Shown here piece after piece: positions 18,582 to 30,129 of a stretch of 63,909 nt of DNA. This DNA comes from an uncultured bacterium (GTDB lineage: Bacteria; Bdellovibrionota_C; UBA2361; CALJRW01): contig CALJRW010000057.1 in assembly GCA_937976335.1 (NCBI GenBank), forward strand, positions 1 to 63,909. Reading direction: 5' to 3'. The notes beneath the pieces are model-generated. The model was not told the DNA's origin. It worked only from the letters and a program-made list of their open reading frames with translations, and searched no databases. Position 1 is the stretch's first letter. Each line of letters starts with the position of its first letter. A program made the position numbers and the translations under genes.

Positions 18582-20843
18582 ATGACGAAACTACCGAGAA
18601 ATAAGAATAATAATAGTAAAAAATACGATATTTTTACAAGTGAAGTGCCTAAATCTCAAAATGATGAGGGAGCAGTAGTTGTGATTTGTGCTCTTCTAAT
18701 AGGTGCTTTAGTTATGTTAGTTGCTTCATCGTCTTTGGTTTCTAATAAAGCATATATTAAATCACAAACACGTAATGCTGCGATGAACACTACACTATCT
18801 GCTGCTGCACAATTATGTCCAAAAGCAGAATGTCTTCAAGAAAGTGTTGAAGTTGCACTCAATGTTTTAAATGAATATGAGTTTTATAATGGACATAAAA
18901 AGATTATTTCTAACTTTAATTTAGAAGATTTAAATATGCTTGGTGATGATGGATATAATGAGGAAGTGTGTGGTTCTGATCCAAACGTCTTTTGTGCAAT
19001 TTCTGAGGATGGAAATTTATTTGCTAAGCTTGGTTATGGAAGATTTATACCTTTAGCTTCTGATGATACGAGATTGAGTGATCCAGATTCTCATCCGGAG
19101 TTAGTTTGTGATGAATTCTGTAGCGAATTTATACCAACTGCAGGTCCGTGGGCTTCAGAACATCCTGGATTACCAATACAGGTCGTATCTAATGCGTTTT
19201 CAGTAAGTATTGGGGTAAGAGAGGTAACAAGTGTTTTTAGTAGTTTTTTTGGTGAGAAAATAGAAAGTGATTCAGGTCTTCTTTGGAGTGATGCTGTTGC
19301 CTTATCTGGTTCAGTTGAGCCTCACCCTTTAACTGTTCCCTTCGCAATTCCAGTATGTGCTTTATTAAATAAAGATGGTAATTACGTTCCTGAGGATGTA
19401 ACCAGATATGATAGAATTTTTACCGGAATAAATAGATATGAGTCAGGGGAGCCAGGTAGCGATACTTTGCTTCCTGGATTGCTATATAATGCCACATCTG
19501 ATTATGGGGAAGTAACAATTCATGAGTTAAATTGGAATGGTAAACATAGTGGTTGTGAAGGCGGTACTATGTGTACAAGCTATATGGCAAATGGAGATCA
19601 TTCTGAGCACTACAGTTATGAAAAAGTAGGCTTTAAAAATACTAGCCCTGAAGCTGAATCCTTAGGAGACGCTTTTGGAGTTGTAGGACTTCCTGCGGTG
19701 ATAGTACCAGATTGGGTTACAAATGAAGTACAATATGAAAATTTTATACTTGATAAATTTATAAAAGTAACTACTCCTGTAACTACTGATATTCCACTTT
19801 TTAGTCCTGGTTTACCGTTTAAGTTTTTAAAAAATGGATTTACTCTTCCTGATAGTGAAGAGTTTCTTTGGAATAAACTATCTAATAATGTTGTTGTTCC
19901 TTTTATAGATGATGATGACAGTGGGGAAAGTAGCTATTATATACCAGCTATTAATTCGTATCTTGAAATGCCTCAAGATTTACAAATTGGAATTGAAGGA
20001 ATATCAAATACAGATGTAGGTTCTGTGTTGCACTCGCATTTTGAGAATGAAACGTGTGATGCTGGTGACGTATGTACAAACCTTGAAGATTCAAGTGGTT
20101 TTCCTGAGCAAAGTAATTTTAGAAAAAAGGGGTTTTGTCCTTCTAGGAGAGTTGAAATAAAATGTTACGATAGCGATAAGGATGAATGGAAAGAAGCTAG
20201 TGAGTGTGCGCAAAAATGGGATGGCTCTACTTTTTCTAGCGGATCTCATTTTGGTGATACCCCTCAAGAAAGTTGGGCTATAAGTGGCGAAAAATTTATT
20301 TCTGGATTGTCTTTTACAGGTATTCATTCAAATCATGGTAACAAGAACATCAATCCTAACTTACAACTTAGAGTTAAATATAAAGATGGGGTCGATGAAT
20401 CAACTCCGGTTCTTGTTGCAAAGATTCCTGTAATTGGAAATTCTGATTCTAGCGCACTAGATTGTAGCCAAGTTGGTAGTGAGAAGATTGACGAAACTAA
20501 AGAATATGAAGTTGTTGGTTCTGTAAATGTTGAATTAATAGATGTTTCTATAAAGAAACCTACAAATCTTCAAGCTCCTTTTAAAATGACTGATTATGGT
20601 GTAGCTTCATTAGCTCCAACTCCTTCAGGGTATCCAAATGTAGATGTAGATGGAGTGATAATTGATAATGAGGCGACATTAACTGGACCAAATCCTTGGT
20701 ATTTTTCAAATGAGCTGTCGAGTGGTGCTAATCCATATCATAAAGCTACAGATTGCAATATGGTTGTAGGAAGAATTACAAAAGCTCCAGTAAAAGTAAT
20801 TTCTGCAGTTGTAGATCCTAAAAGACCTTTTGTTGTTAAGTAA
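18582..20843 (+). CDS. TadG-like (Flp/Tad minor pilin N-terminus) large acidic Cys-rich protein
   Basis: EG|AVVVICALLIGALVMLVA…KSQTRNAA..TTLSAA resembles the Tad pseudopilin N-terminus. Confidence 0.6.
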   Translation: MTKLPRNKNNNSKKYDIFTSEVPKSQNDEGAVVVICALLIGALVMLVASSSLVSNKAYIKSQTRNAAMNTTLSAAAQLCPKAECLQESVEVALNVLNEYEFYNGHKKIISNFNLEDLNMLGDDGYNEEVCGSDPNVFCAISEDGNLFAKLGYGRFIPLASDDTRLSDPDSHPELVCDEFCSEFIPTAGPWASEHPGLPIQVVSNAFSVSIGVREVTSVFSSFFGEKIESDSGLLWSDAVALSGSVEPHPLTVPFAIPVCALLNKDGNYVPEDVTRYDRIFTGINRYESGEPGSDTLLPGLLYNATSDYGEVTIHELNWNGKHSGCEGGTMCTSYMANGDHSEHYSYEKVGFKNTSPEAESLGDAFGVVGLPAVIVPDWVTNEVQYENFILDKFIKVTTPVTTDIPLFSPGLPFKFLKNGFTLPDSEEFLWNKLSNNVVVPFIDDDDSGESSYYIPAINSYLEMPQDLQIGIEGISNTDVGSVLHSHFENETCDAGDVCTNLEDSSGFPEQSNFRKKGFCPSRRVEIKCYDSDKDEWKEASECAQKWDGSTFSSGSHFGDTPQESWAISGEKFISGLSFTGIHSNHGNKNINPNLQLRVKYKDGVDESTPVLVAKIPVIGNSDSSALDCSQVGSEKIDETKEYEVVGSVNVELIDVSIKKPTNLQAPFKMTDYGVASLAPTPSGYPNVDVDGVIIDNEATLTGPNPWYFSNELSSGANPYHKATDCNMVVGRITKAPVKVISAVVDPKRPFVVK

Positions 20844-20871
20844 GAATTTCTATTCCCCGAGGGATACTATC

Positions 20872-21279
20872 TTACTCGCACAATTCTACCAACACTCCTT
20901 GAAAGCTTTTAGGGTGTATAAATGCAATTTTTTTGCCTTGTGCTCCTATTCTTGGAATTTCATCTATAAGCTTTAAGCCTGAAGTTTTAAAGCGCTTTAA
21001 CTCTAACCTTATATCGTTAACTTTGTAACATATATGATGAATGCCAGTACCTTTTTTTGAAATAAACTTAGAGATAGAGCTTTTTTCGTGAGTAGAGGCG
21101 ATTAATTCTAGTTTTGTATTTTCTAGTTCTATAAAGCAAATTTCAACTTTTTGGTCAGTTAATTTTTCTCTAGCACCAATTTTAAATCCAAGTTTTGTAT
21201 AAAGGCTAATACTGTCATCTAAGTCGCTTACTGCAATGCCTATATGATCTATTGGATAATTAAATTGTTTTGTATTCAT
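20872..21279 (-). CDS. mce: Methylmalonyl-CoA epimerase (VOC family)
   Basis: IDHIGIAV, GIHHICYKV, AFIHPKSFQGVLVELCE. Confidence 0.88.
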   Translation of the reverse strand: MNTKQFNYPIDHIGIAVSDLDDSISLYTKLGFKIGAREKLTDQKVEICFIELENTKLELIASTHEKSSISKFISKKGTGIHHICYKVNDIRLELKRFKTSGLKLIDEIPRIGAQGKKIAFIHPKSFQGVLVELCE

Positions 21280-21379
21280 ATACGGCTTATTTTGTTACTA
21301 ACTTTTTCGTCTTTTTAAAACCATAGCTCTCTCGTTACGAAACAAATATGAAAGTTACAGTAATAAATGTATTTTCTAA

Positions 21380-21416
21380 CAAAAAAAAAGCAGACACAAG
21401 GCCTGCTTTTTTTTTG
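21380..21416. terminator. Intrinsic terminator downstream of groEL (bidirectional form)
   Basis: A9-GCAG…CTGC-T9 inverted repeat. Confidence 0.8.
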
Positions 21417-21444
21417 TTTTTTGAAAAGTACAAAAAGAATGATT

Positions 21445-23109
<1,665 letters not shown>

Positions 23110-23122
23110 TTATTAAATAAAA

Positions 23123-23428
23123 TTATTGTTCGAAAACAGCGTAAACGTCTTCTTCTTTCATAATCAGAAGATCGTTGCCGTCAAGTTTGATTTCTTGTCC
23201 TGAATACTTTCCAAAAAGAATTGTATCGTTTTTCTTGATAACCATTGGAATAGTTTTTCCATCTTCGGTTACTTTTCCTTCTCCAATAGCGACAACTATT
23301 CCTTGTTGTGGCTTTTCTTTTGCAGAATCAGGGATAAAAAGTCCGGAAGCGGTTTTTTCATCGCTTTCAAGACGTTTTACTATCAGACGATCTCTTAATG
23401 GTCTGATTTTTTCAGTTGTATCACTCAT
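23123..23428 (-). CDS. groS: Co-chaperonin GroES
   Basis: IRPLRDR, TASGLFIPDSAKEKP, FGKYSG. Confidence 0.98.
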   Translation of the reverse strand: MSDTTEKIRPLRDRLIVKRLESDEKTASGLFIPDSAKEKPQQGIVVAIGEGKVTEDGKTIPMVIKKNDTILFGKYSGQEIKLDGNDLLIMKEEDVYAVFEQ

Positions 23429-23765
23429 TTTTCTCTACCCTCCTTATAAGGTTTTGGTGATTAAATTAGTAGAAAACTAGAAAAGTAAATTCTAGTTTAG
23501 CTAAAACTTTAAATATATTAAACACTTAACTTTGACTATGTATTTTCTACATCAACATTTCCTACATCAAGTAGTACATGTTGAGCAATATAGCTAAGCA
23601 GTCAATAAATGCTCATTCAATGAACAAAATTCAAGAGCTAGCGGTAAAAAACTAGCAAATGAAATAAGTTAATGACCGATATTACTTTAAACATAGCTTT
23701 TAATCAAACTTATCAGATACTAAATTTATTGATAAATTATTGAATTTATTTTATAAATTTTATTA

Positions 23766-24914
23766 ATGAACTTAGCTCATAAAATATCAAATTCTAACAA
23801 TAGTAAATTTATTGAACTTCTTGATCACGGCGTTAATGAAGGTGTCTTCCCTGGCTGTTCTCTTTTAGTGAAGATAGGAAAAGATGAGTTTTTTTGTGGA
23901 CAAAGTGGCTCATTTACCTATGAACCGAAGGCTCAAGTGGTGCAAACCGAAACTGTGTTTGATATTGCATCAATTACAATACTTTTGGCAACTGTTTCTT
24001 TGTATACAAAATTTGAGAAGCTAGGTTTGTTAAGCTCAGATGACTTAGTATCTAGGTATATACAAAGTTTTTCAGTTAACAAAAAATCCTCAATAAAAAT
24101 TTCTAATTTATTAAATCATACTTCAGGCCTTCCTGAGTGGGCACCGTTTTATCAGCAACTTTTAAAAGATCATCAAAATTCAAGACTTGGTATTATGTCA
24201 AGTTCTGGAGCGAAGAGTTTTGTATATAATGAAATAAACAGAAGTAAGTTAAAAAACTCTGTTGGTGTTAAGCAGTCATATAGCGATCTGGGTCTTATCG
24301 TTCTAGGACAAGTTATAGAAAAAATTGCAGGAACCAGTTTAGATAAAGTAGCACAAAAATTAATTTTTACTCCACTTGGTTTGGAAAGTACTGGTTTTGT
24401 TGATCTTGGTTTAGTAAGACGAAATAAAATTTTGCCTATTGAAGATTTAATTGCCCCAACAGAATATTGTGCTTGGCGAAAAAGAATTTTATGTGGCGAG
24501 GTTCACGATGATAATGCTTGGGCAATGGGAGGTATTGCACCGCATGCAGGTTTATTTTCTACAGTTAAAGATTTAGGTATATTCGCAGAAGCTATTTTAA
24601 ATGCGACTAAAGGGAGAGATTCAATTTTTGACTCTAATATAATTGATAAGTATCTAAATTATCCTGCTAGTTTTGCAAATTCTAGTTGGCGTTTAGGTTG
24701 GGACTCTCCTTCAAAAGAAAACGGCCTAGAAGATATTGGTTTTTCTACAAATGCGAGAGGAATTAATTCTTTTACCGGTTGTTCGCTTTGGATTGACTCA
24801 GATAGAGATTTGAGTATCATTTTTCTTTCTAATAGAATTCATCCGTCAAGAAGTAATAAAAAGATTATGCAATTTAGAGTTGATCTTTTTAAACATATCT
24901 TAGAAGCTATTTAA
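23766..24914 (+). CDS. Beta-lactamase class C / serine hydrolase fold protein with degenerate catalytic motifs
   Basis: FDIASIT, LLNHTSGL, YSDLG, GEVHDDNAW..GG...HAGLFS; SxxK reads SxxI. Confidence 0.8.
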   Translation: MNLAHKISNSNNSKFIELLDHGVNEGVFPGCSLLVKIGKDEFFCGQSGSFTYEPKAQVVQTETVFDIASITILLATVSLYTKFEKLGLLSSDDLVSRYIQSFSVNKKSSIKISNLLNHTSGLPEWAPFYQQLLKDHQNSRLGIMSSSGAKSFVYNEINRSKLKNSVGVKQSYSDLGLIVLGQVIEKIAGTSLDKVAQKLIFTPLGLESTGFVDLGLVRRNKILPIEDLIAPTEYCAWRKRILCGEVHDDNAWAMGGIAPHAGLFSTVKDLGIFAEAILNATKGRDSIFDSNIIDKYLNYPASFANSSWRLGWDSPSKENGLEDIGFSTNARGINSFTGCSLWIDSDRDLSIIFLSNRIHPSRSNKKIMQFRVDLFKHILEAI

Positions 24915-25982
24915 ATGTTAGAAAAGTTAGAAGCAGTAGTAAGAAGATTTGAAGAGTTGTCAACTCTTTTGGTATCTCAAGAAATAGTTTGTAATCCTGA
25001 TTTGCTTAGAAAATACAGTAAAGAACATAAAGACTTATCTGAAGTAACAAGAGTTTATCAAGAATATAAAAAAGCGAAATCTGATTTTGATGGTAATAAA
25101 GAACTTATTGCTTCTTCCGATGATTCTGAATTGATAGAGTTAGCTAAATTAGAAAATTCAGAGCTTGAAGAAAATATTTTAAATTACGAAGAAGAACTAA
25201 AAGTTTTATTGCTACCAAAAGATCCTAATGATGATAAGAATGTAATCTTAGAAATCAGAGCAGGTGCTGGAGGTGATGAAGCATCTATTTTTGCTGGCGA
25301 TCTTTTTAGAATGTATTCCCGGTATGGTGAAAATCTTAATTGGAAGACTGAAATAATGAGTTCTTCAGAAGGTACTACAGGTGGATTTAAAGAAATTATA
25401 GCAATGATTAAAGGTGCTGGAGCCTATAGTCGATTAAAGTATGAGTCTGGAGTACATAGAGTTCAGAGAGTTCCAGTTACTGAATCCCAGGGAAGAATAC
25501 ACACTTCGACTGTTACAGTTGCTGTACTACCAGAGGCGGAAGATGTTGAGATTAAAATTGAAGATAAAGATTTAAGGATAGATGTATATCGTTCTAGTGG
25601 TCCAGGAGGTCAAAGCGTTAATACGACTGATTCTGCTGTCAGAATTACACATATTCCAACAGGAGTGGTTGTTGCAATGCAGGATGAAAAATCTCAGCAC
25701 AAAAACAGAGAAAAAGCGATGAAAGTTCTTAAGGCTAGAATTTTTGAAGCTGAACAAGCTTCACAAAATGCTGAACGTGCTGATGCTAGAAGATCTCAAG
25801 TTGGAACAGGGGATAGATCTGAAAAAATTAGAACTTATAATTATCCACAAACAAGAATTACAGATCACAGAATTGGACTAACCACTCATTCACTAGATGC
25901 AATAATTGCAGGGGATATAGACCAGTTAGTAGATCCTATTATTACTTTTTATCAAGCAGAAGCTCTTAAAGGTGAAGAGTAG
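24915..25982 (+). CDS. prfA: Peptide chain release factor 1
   Basis: GGQ motif; RF1-type PxT (RVPVTES); RTYNYPQ. Confidence 0.98.
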   Translation: MLEKLEAVVRRFEELSTLLVSQEIVCNPDLLRKYSKEHKDLSEVTRVYQEYKKAKSDFDGNKELIASSDDSELIELAKLENSELEENILNYEEELKVLLLPKDPNDDKNVILEIRAGAGGDEASIFAGDLFRMYSRYGENLNWKTEIMSSSEGTTGGFKEIIAMIKGAGAYSRLKYESGVHRVQRVPVTESQGRIHTSTVTVAVLPEAEDVEIKIEDKDLRIDVYRSSGPGGQSVNTTDSAVRITHIPTGVVVAMQDEKSQHKNREKAMKVLKARIFEAEQASQNAERADARRSQVGTGDRSEKIRTYNYPQTRITDHRIGLTTHSLDAIIAGDIDQLVDPIITFYQAEALKGEE

Positions 25983-25990
25983 CGTTCAGT

Positions 25991-26866
25991 ATGTTTACGA
26001 TCATCCGAGAAGCCTTATTCTTTGCTAAAGATAAATTAAGGAATATTTCAACTAGTCCAGCTTTGGATGCAGAAGTTTTACTTGAAAATGTAGCTAAAAA
26101 AAATAAAGAATTTTTTTATACTAATCCAGATTCAAAACTTTCAGAAAGTGAAAGGGAGTTATATCTTAGTTTTATATCCAGAAGAGAAAAAGGAGAGCCA
26201 GTTGCATATATAACTGGAGAAAAAGAGTTTTGGGGTTTAGCTATAAAGGTGAATCCATCTGTACTTATTCCGAGGCCTGAAACCGAACATATCGTTGAGG
26301 AAGTATCGAAGTATGTTGAACTTTTAGTAAGAGATTCAAAAAAAACTTTAAAGATTCTTGATTTAGGTACTGGGTCTGGATGTATATCAGCGGCAGTTTG
26401 TTTTGAACTGTTAAAAAAAGATATTGATTTTCAAATTTTAGCAACAGATCGATCAGAAGCTGCTCTTTTAGTAGCGAAAAAAAATTTTAAAAAATTTGGA
26501 TACAATGAGAAAATCTCAACATTGCAAAGCGATTGGTTTGAAAACTTAGAAAACTACAAAAGCTATTTTGATATCATAGTAACAAATCCCCCATACGTCC
26601 CGCATATTTGGAAAAAAAAAGCTCAAAAAGATTTAAGTTATGAGCCAGAACTTGCACTTTATTCTGAAGACTCAGGATTCAAAGATGTTAAATTAATACT
26701 TAAAGATATATCAAATTATATGTCTCCTGATAGTTTATTTTTGTGTGAGATTGGAGATGAGCAGAGTGAATTATTAAAAGTATATGTTAATAATTTTGGA
26801 TATAAAAAAGTAGAATTTATAAAAGATTTAGCTGGGGTAGAGAGAGTCTTAAGTGTTAGAAATTAA
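25991..26866 (+). CDS. prmC: Release factor glutamine methyltransferase
   Basis: VLIPRPETE, LDLGTGSG, NPPY; adjacent to prfA. Confidence 0.96.
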   Translation: MFTIIREALFFAKDKLRNISTSPALDAEVLLENVAKKNKEFFYTNPDSKLSESERELYLSFISRREKGEPVAYITGEKEFWGLAIKVNPSVLIPRPETEHIVEEVSKYVELLVRDSKKTLKILDLGTGSGCISAAVCFELLKKDIDFQILATDRSEAALLVAKKNFKKFGYNEKISTLQSDWFENLENYKSYFDIIVTNPPYVPHIWKKKAQKDLSYEPELALYSEDSGFKDVKLILKDISNYMSPDSLFLCEIGDEQSELLKVYVNNFGYKKVEFIKDLAGVERVLSVRN

Positions 26867-26882
26867 TTTTTTCTTAACTTAA

Positions 26883-26914
26883 TTGTATTGGCCTGTTTTA
26901 ACAGGCCAATACAA
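26883..26914. terminator. 15-bp inverted repeat between convergent genes, probable bidirectional terminator
   Basis: TTGTATTGGCCTGTT-tt-AACAGGCCAATACAA. Confidence 0.75.
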
Positions 26915-26937
26915 ACAAGAATAAGTAATAGTTATTT

Positions 26938-27168
26938 CTAACTAACTCTCAAATTCCTAATGACTGCCATCATGGTATCAAAAATGGCTTTAACTATATT
27001 TGTAAGTGCCTGAAAAGCAGCTTGCTTTTGTTTAAGTTTTATATCAGCAGCTTGAATCTTCCCAGGATCTCCTGATTTTGCTGCACTTAGCATCTCGCTT
27101 TGTGCTCCAGATAATTCTTGGCCAAGACTACTGGCGGCGTTCATTAAACTATTGTTATCAATTCTCAT
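26938..27168 (-). CDS. Type III secretion needle subunit-like protein (SctF/PrgI/YscF-like helical hairpin)
   Basis: GDP turn and C-terminal NIVKAIFD...AVIRNLR align without gaps to the PrgI C-terminus as I recall it; GGAG RBS. Confidence 0.65.
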   Translation of the reverse strand: MRIDNNSLMNAASSLGQELSGAQSEMLSAAKSGDPGKIQAADIKLKQKQAAFQALTNIVKAIFDTMMAVIRNLRVS

Positions 27169-27345
27169 AATTTTTTCTCCATTAGGGGTTTGCTGTGAAA
27201 AATAATTTTTGTCAAAAAAATCTATTTTTCACAGACAAGGTTGGAAACAATTTAGCTAAAAAAAGTTTTGGGCATTTGTAAAAAATAGAGATATGTTTTT
27301 CCCATTTGTTATTTTTTATACTCATATGTAACCGTTCTAATTAAA

Positions 27346-27372
27346 TAATCGGCGATTTTCTTTGAAAGTTTC
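27346..27372 (-). promoter_or_regulatory. Sigma28 (FliA)-like promoter upstream of the needle-like gene
   Basis: Minus strand GAAACTTT-N11-GCCGATTA versus consensus TAAAGTTT-N11-GCCGATAA. Confidence 0.5.
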
Positions 27373-27538
27373 TAGAGCTGTACATATTTTTTTAAAAGGT
27401 ATAAGATTCAGATAGTTATCAAGCAAAACTTTGGATGGAAGACTACTACAAAAGCTAATATCTTATTTTAGCTTACTTTATTCCTATAAGTTTTAGTGAT
27501 GAGGCATATATTATAGTCTCGTTTTGGAAAAATTTTTT

Positions 27539-28777
27539 ATGAGAAGAGTAGTAATAACTGGGATTGGGATGCTTTCTCCCCTAGGAAAAAATTTAGAAAC
27601 TTCTTGGTCTGGAGCTTTGTCAGGCAAATCAGGAATAGGCGTCATTTCTCAATTTGATGCATCTCTATTCGCTTCACAAATTGCTGGAGAAGTTAGTGAT
27701 TTTGATGTTGCAGATTATATGTCTCCAAAGGAAGCTAGGAAAATGGGACGCTTTATTCAGCTAGCAGTTGTTGCAGCAGAGCAAGCTTGGGCAGATTCAG
27801 GTTTAAAAGAAGATTCATTTGATGCAACACGTGCGGGATCTATTATGGGTGTTGGTATAGGTGGTTTAGATACTCTTGAACATTATTATGGTGCTTACCT
27901 TGAAAGTGGTCCAAGAAAAATTTCACCTTTTCTCATACCTGCAATGATTTCTAATTTAGCTCCCGGTCATATTGGTATTAAATATGGTCTTAAGGGTGTA
28001 AACTTTGCAATAACAAGTGCTTGTACTTCTTCGACTCATGCAATTGGTGAATCTTATCGTATGATTGCCAATGGTGTACAAGATCTTATTTTTACTGGAG
28101 GCTCAGAGAGCGCAGTGACGCCTAGTTCAATTGGTGGTTTCTCTTCGATGAAAGCATTATCCACTAGAAATGAAGCTCCTGAAAAAGGTTCTCGTCCTTT
28201 TGACAAGGATAGAGATGGTTTTGTTTTAAGTGAAGGAGGGGTGGTTTTAGTGCTTGAGTCTCTTGAATCTGCAGAAAAAAGAAACGCTAAAATTTATGCA
28301 GAAGTTAAAGGTTATGGTTTTTCTTGCGATGCTGGACATATTACAGCCCCTTCGTCTGATGGTGCTGGAGCAATGAGTTGTATGGAGTTGGCTCTAGAAA
28401 ATGCAAATTTAAAGCGAGAAGATATTCAGTATGTAAATGCGCACGGAACATCTACTCCTTTAGGTGACGTAGCAGAAACAGTTGCCATAAAGAATGTGTA
28501 TGGAGATTGGGCAAAATCTGGGCTTTTAGTGAGCTCTACGAAATCAATGACAGGTCATTTACTTGGCGCCGCTGGTGCAATTGAAGCTGGTTTTTGTGCA
28601 ATGGCCATAAAAGACGGGGTGGTTCCTCCTACCATTAACCTCGATAATCCAAGTGAAGAATGTGATCTTGATTATGTAGCAAACAAAGCTAGAAAAGTTG
28701 AATTAACAAATGTGATGTCAAATTCCTTTGGTTTTGGTGGTACTAACGCATCTGTAATATTAAGCAAGGTAGAATAA
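27539..28777 (+). CDS. fabF: 3-oxoacyl-ACP synthase II
   Basis: MRRVVITG, SACTSS (catalytic Cys), NAHGTST, KSMTGHLLGA, SNSFGFGGTN. Confidence 0.97.
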   Translation: MRRVVITGIGMLSPLGKNLETSWSGALSGKSGIGVISQFDASLFASQIAGEVSDFDVADYMSPKEARKMGRFIQLAVVAAEQAWADSGLKEDSFDATRAGSIMGVGIGGLDTLEHYYGAYLESGPRKISPFLIPAMISNLAPGHIGIKYGLKGVNFAITSACTSSTHAIGESYRMIANGVQDLIFTGGSESAVTPSSIGGFSSMKALSTRNEAPEKGSRPFDKDRDGFVLSEGGVVLVLESLESAEKRNAKIYAEVKGYGFSCDAGHITAPSSDGAGAMSCMELALENANLKREDIQYVNAHGTSTPLGDVAETVAIKNVYGDWAKSGLLVSSTKSMTGHLLGAAGAIEAGFCAMAIKDGVVPPTINLDNPSEECDLDYVANKARKVELTNVMSNSFGFGGTNASVILSKVE

Positions 28778-30085
28778 ATGTCTAGTAAGCTAATAAAACC
28801 TAAAACAGTGAAAGGTTTTAGAGATTTATTGCCTATTATTGCTCAGCAAAAATCTAAAATGCTCGATAGTACAATATCTGTATTTCGATCTTATGCTTAT
28901 AAGCCTATTGAAACTCCTCACTTAGAGTTAAGTGAAATATTATTAGGTGAAACGGAAGGTGATATTGGGAAGCAGTTATTTAGATTTGAAGATCAAGGTG
29001 GACGTGACGTTACTATGCGATTTGATTTAACAGTACCTTTTGCAAGATACGTAGTTCAGCATAAAAATGAAATTGGATTTCCATTTAAAAGATATGTAAT
29101 TGGCAATTGCTTTAGAGGGGAGAATCCTCAAAGAGGACGCTATAGAGAATTTACGCAGTGCGATTTTGATATAGTTGGGACTGAAAATTTAAGTGCTGAT
29201 GCAGAAATTATTCAAATTGTAATTAAATCTCTTCTTTCAATGGGTCTTAGTAATTTTAAGGTGAAAGTTAATAATAGAAAAGTTTTAACTGGCCTTGCTA
29301 AAGTTTTTAATCTTGAAGAGCAAGCTGAAGAGTTTATTAGAATAGTTGATAAGCTTGACAAAATTGGTTTTGAGAAAGTTGTTAGCTTATTAAGCGAAAA
29401 AGTTGGCTTCGATCTTAGTTTTGAATCTTTGCTGAAAAGTTTTTTGTCAAATGAAGGCGATCGTAGTCAAAGGCTTAAAAATGCAAAAGAAATTTTAAAA
29501 GATACTGAAATAGGGTTAGTTGGAATTAAGGAGCTAGAAGAAGTTTTTAAAATTTTAGATAACTTAAAGTTTTGTGAAAATTATTTTGATTTAGATTTGT
29601 CGATAGCGAGAGGACTTGGGTATTATACTGGTACAGTTTACGAAACTCATTTACTAAATGCGCTTGATCTTGGAAGCGTTAGTTCAGGTGGGAGGTATGA
29701 TAATTTAACTCAAAACTATTCTAAAGACTTGCTTCCTGCAGTTGGAGGTTCACTTGGAATAGATAGAATTTTAGCTTATTTTGAAAATGAAGATTTAAAT
29801 TTATCTCCTGCTGATATCTTAATTACATTTATGGATTCAAGCTTAGCTCCGAAATTGCATGAACTTGCAAACAGTCTACGAGAAGAAGGAGTTAAAGTAG
29901 AAATTTTCCCTGAAGTTTCAAAATTAAAAAAACAATTCACATATGCCGAAAGAAATAAGTATAAATATGTTTTAATGCAGGGTGAAGATGAATTTTTAAA
30001 AGAAATCTTTGCTCTTAAGAATATTGAGACAGGTGAAAAGATTGAAGTTAAAAGTATTGCCGAATTAGCAGAAAAAGTATTGTAA
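28778..30085 (+). CDS. hisS: Histidine-tRNA ligase
   Basis: KGFRD, RFDLTVP, FRGENPQRGRYREFTQCD, RGLGYYTG, GGRYD. Confidence 0.97.
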   Translation: MSSKLIKPKTVKGFRDLLPIIAQQKSKMLDSTISVFRSYAYKPIETPHLELSEILLGETEGDIGKQLFRFEDQGGRDVTMRFDLTVPFARYVVQHKNEIGFPFKRYVIGNCFRGENPQRGRYREFTQCDFDIVGTENLSADAEIIQIVIKSLLSMGLSNFKVKVNNRKVLTGLAKVFNLEEQAEEFIRIVDKLDKIGFEKVVSLLSEKVGFDLSFESLLKSFLSNEGDRSQRLKNAKEILKDTEIGLVGIKELEEVFKILDNLKFCENYFDLDLSIARGLGYYTGTVYETHLLNALDLGSVSSGGRYDNLTQNYSKDLLPAVGGSLGIDRILAYFENEDLNLSPADILITFMDSSLAPKLHELANSLREEGVKVEIFPEVSKLKKQFTYAERNKYKYVLMQGEDEFLKEIFALKNIETGEKIEVKSIAELAEKVL

Positions 30086-30129
30086 TAATATAATAGCATT
30101 TAAAAACAACTTACTAGTTAATTTCCAGC

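Noticed and set aside
23430-23765. CIRCE, HAIR or CtsR operators upstream of groES
   Set aside because: Only partial half-sites (e.g. TTGAGC…GCTAAG, a single AGTCAAA); none fits the consensus spacing
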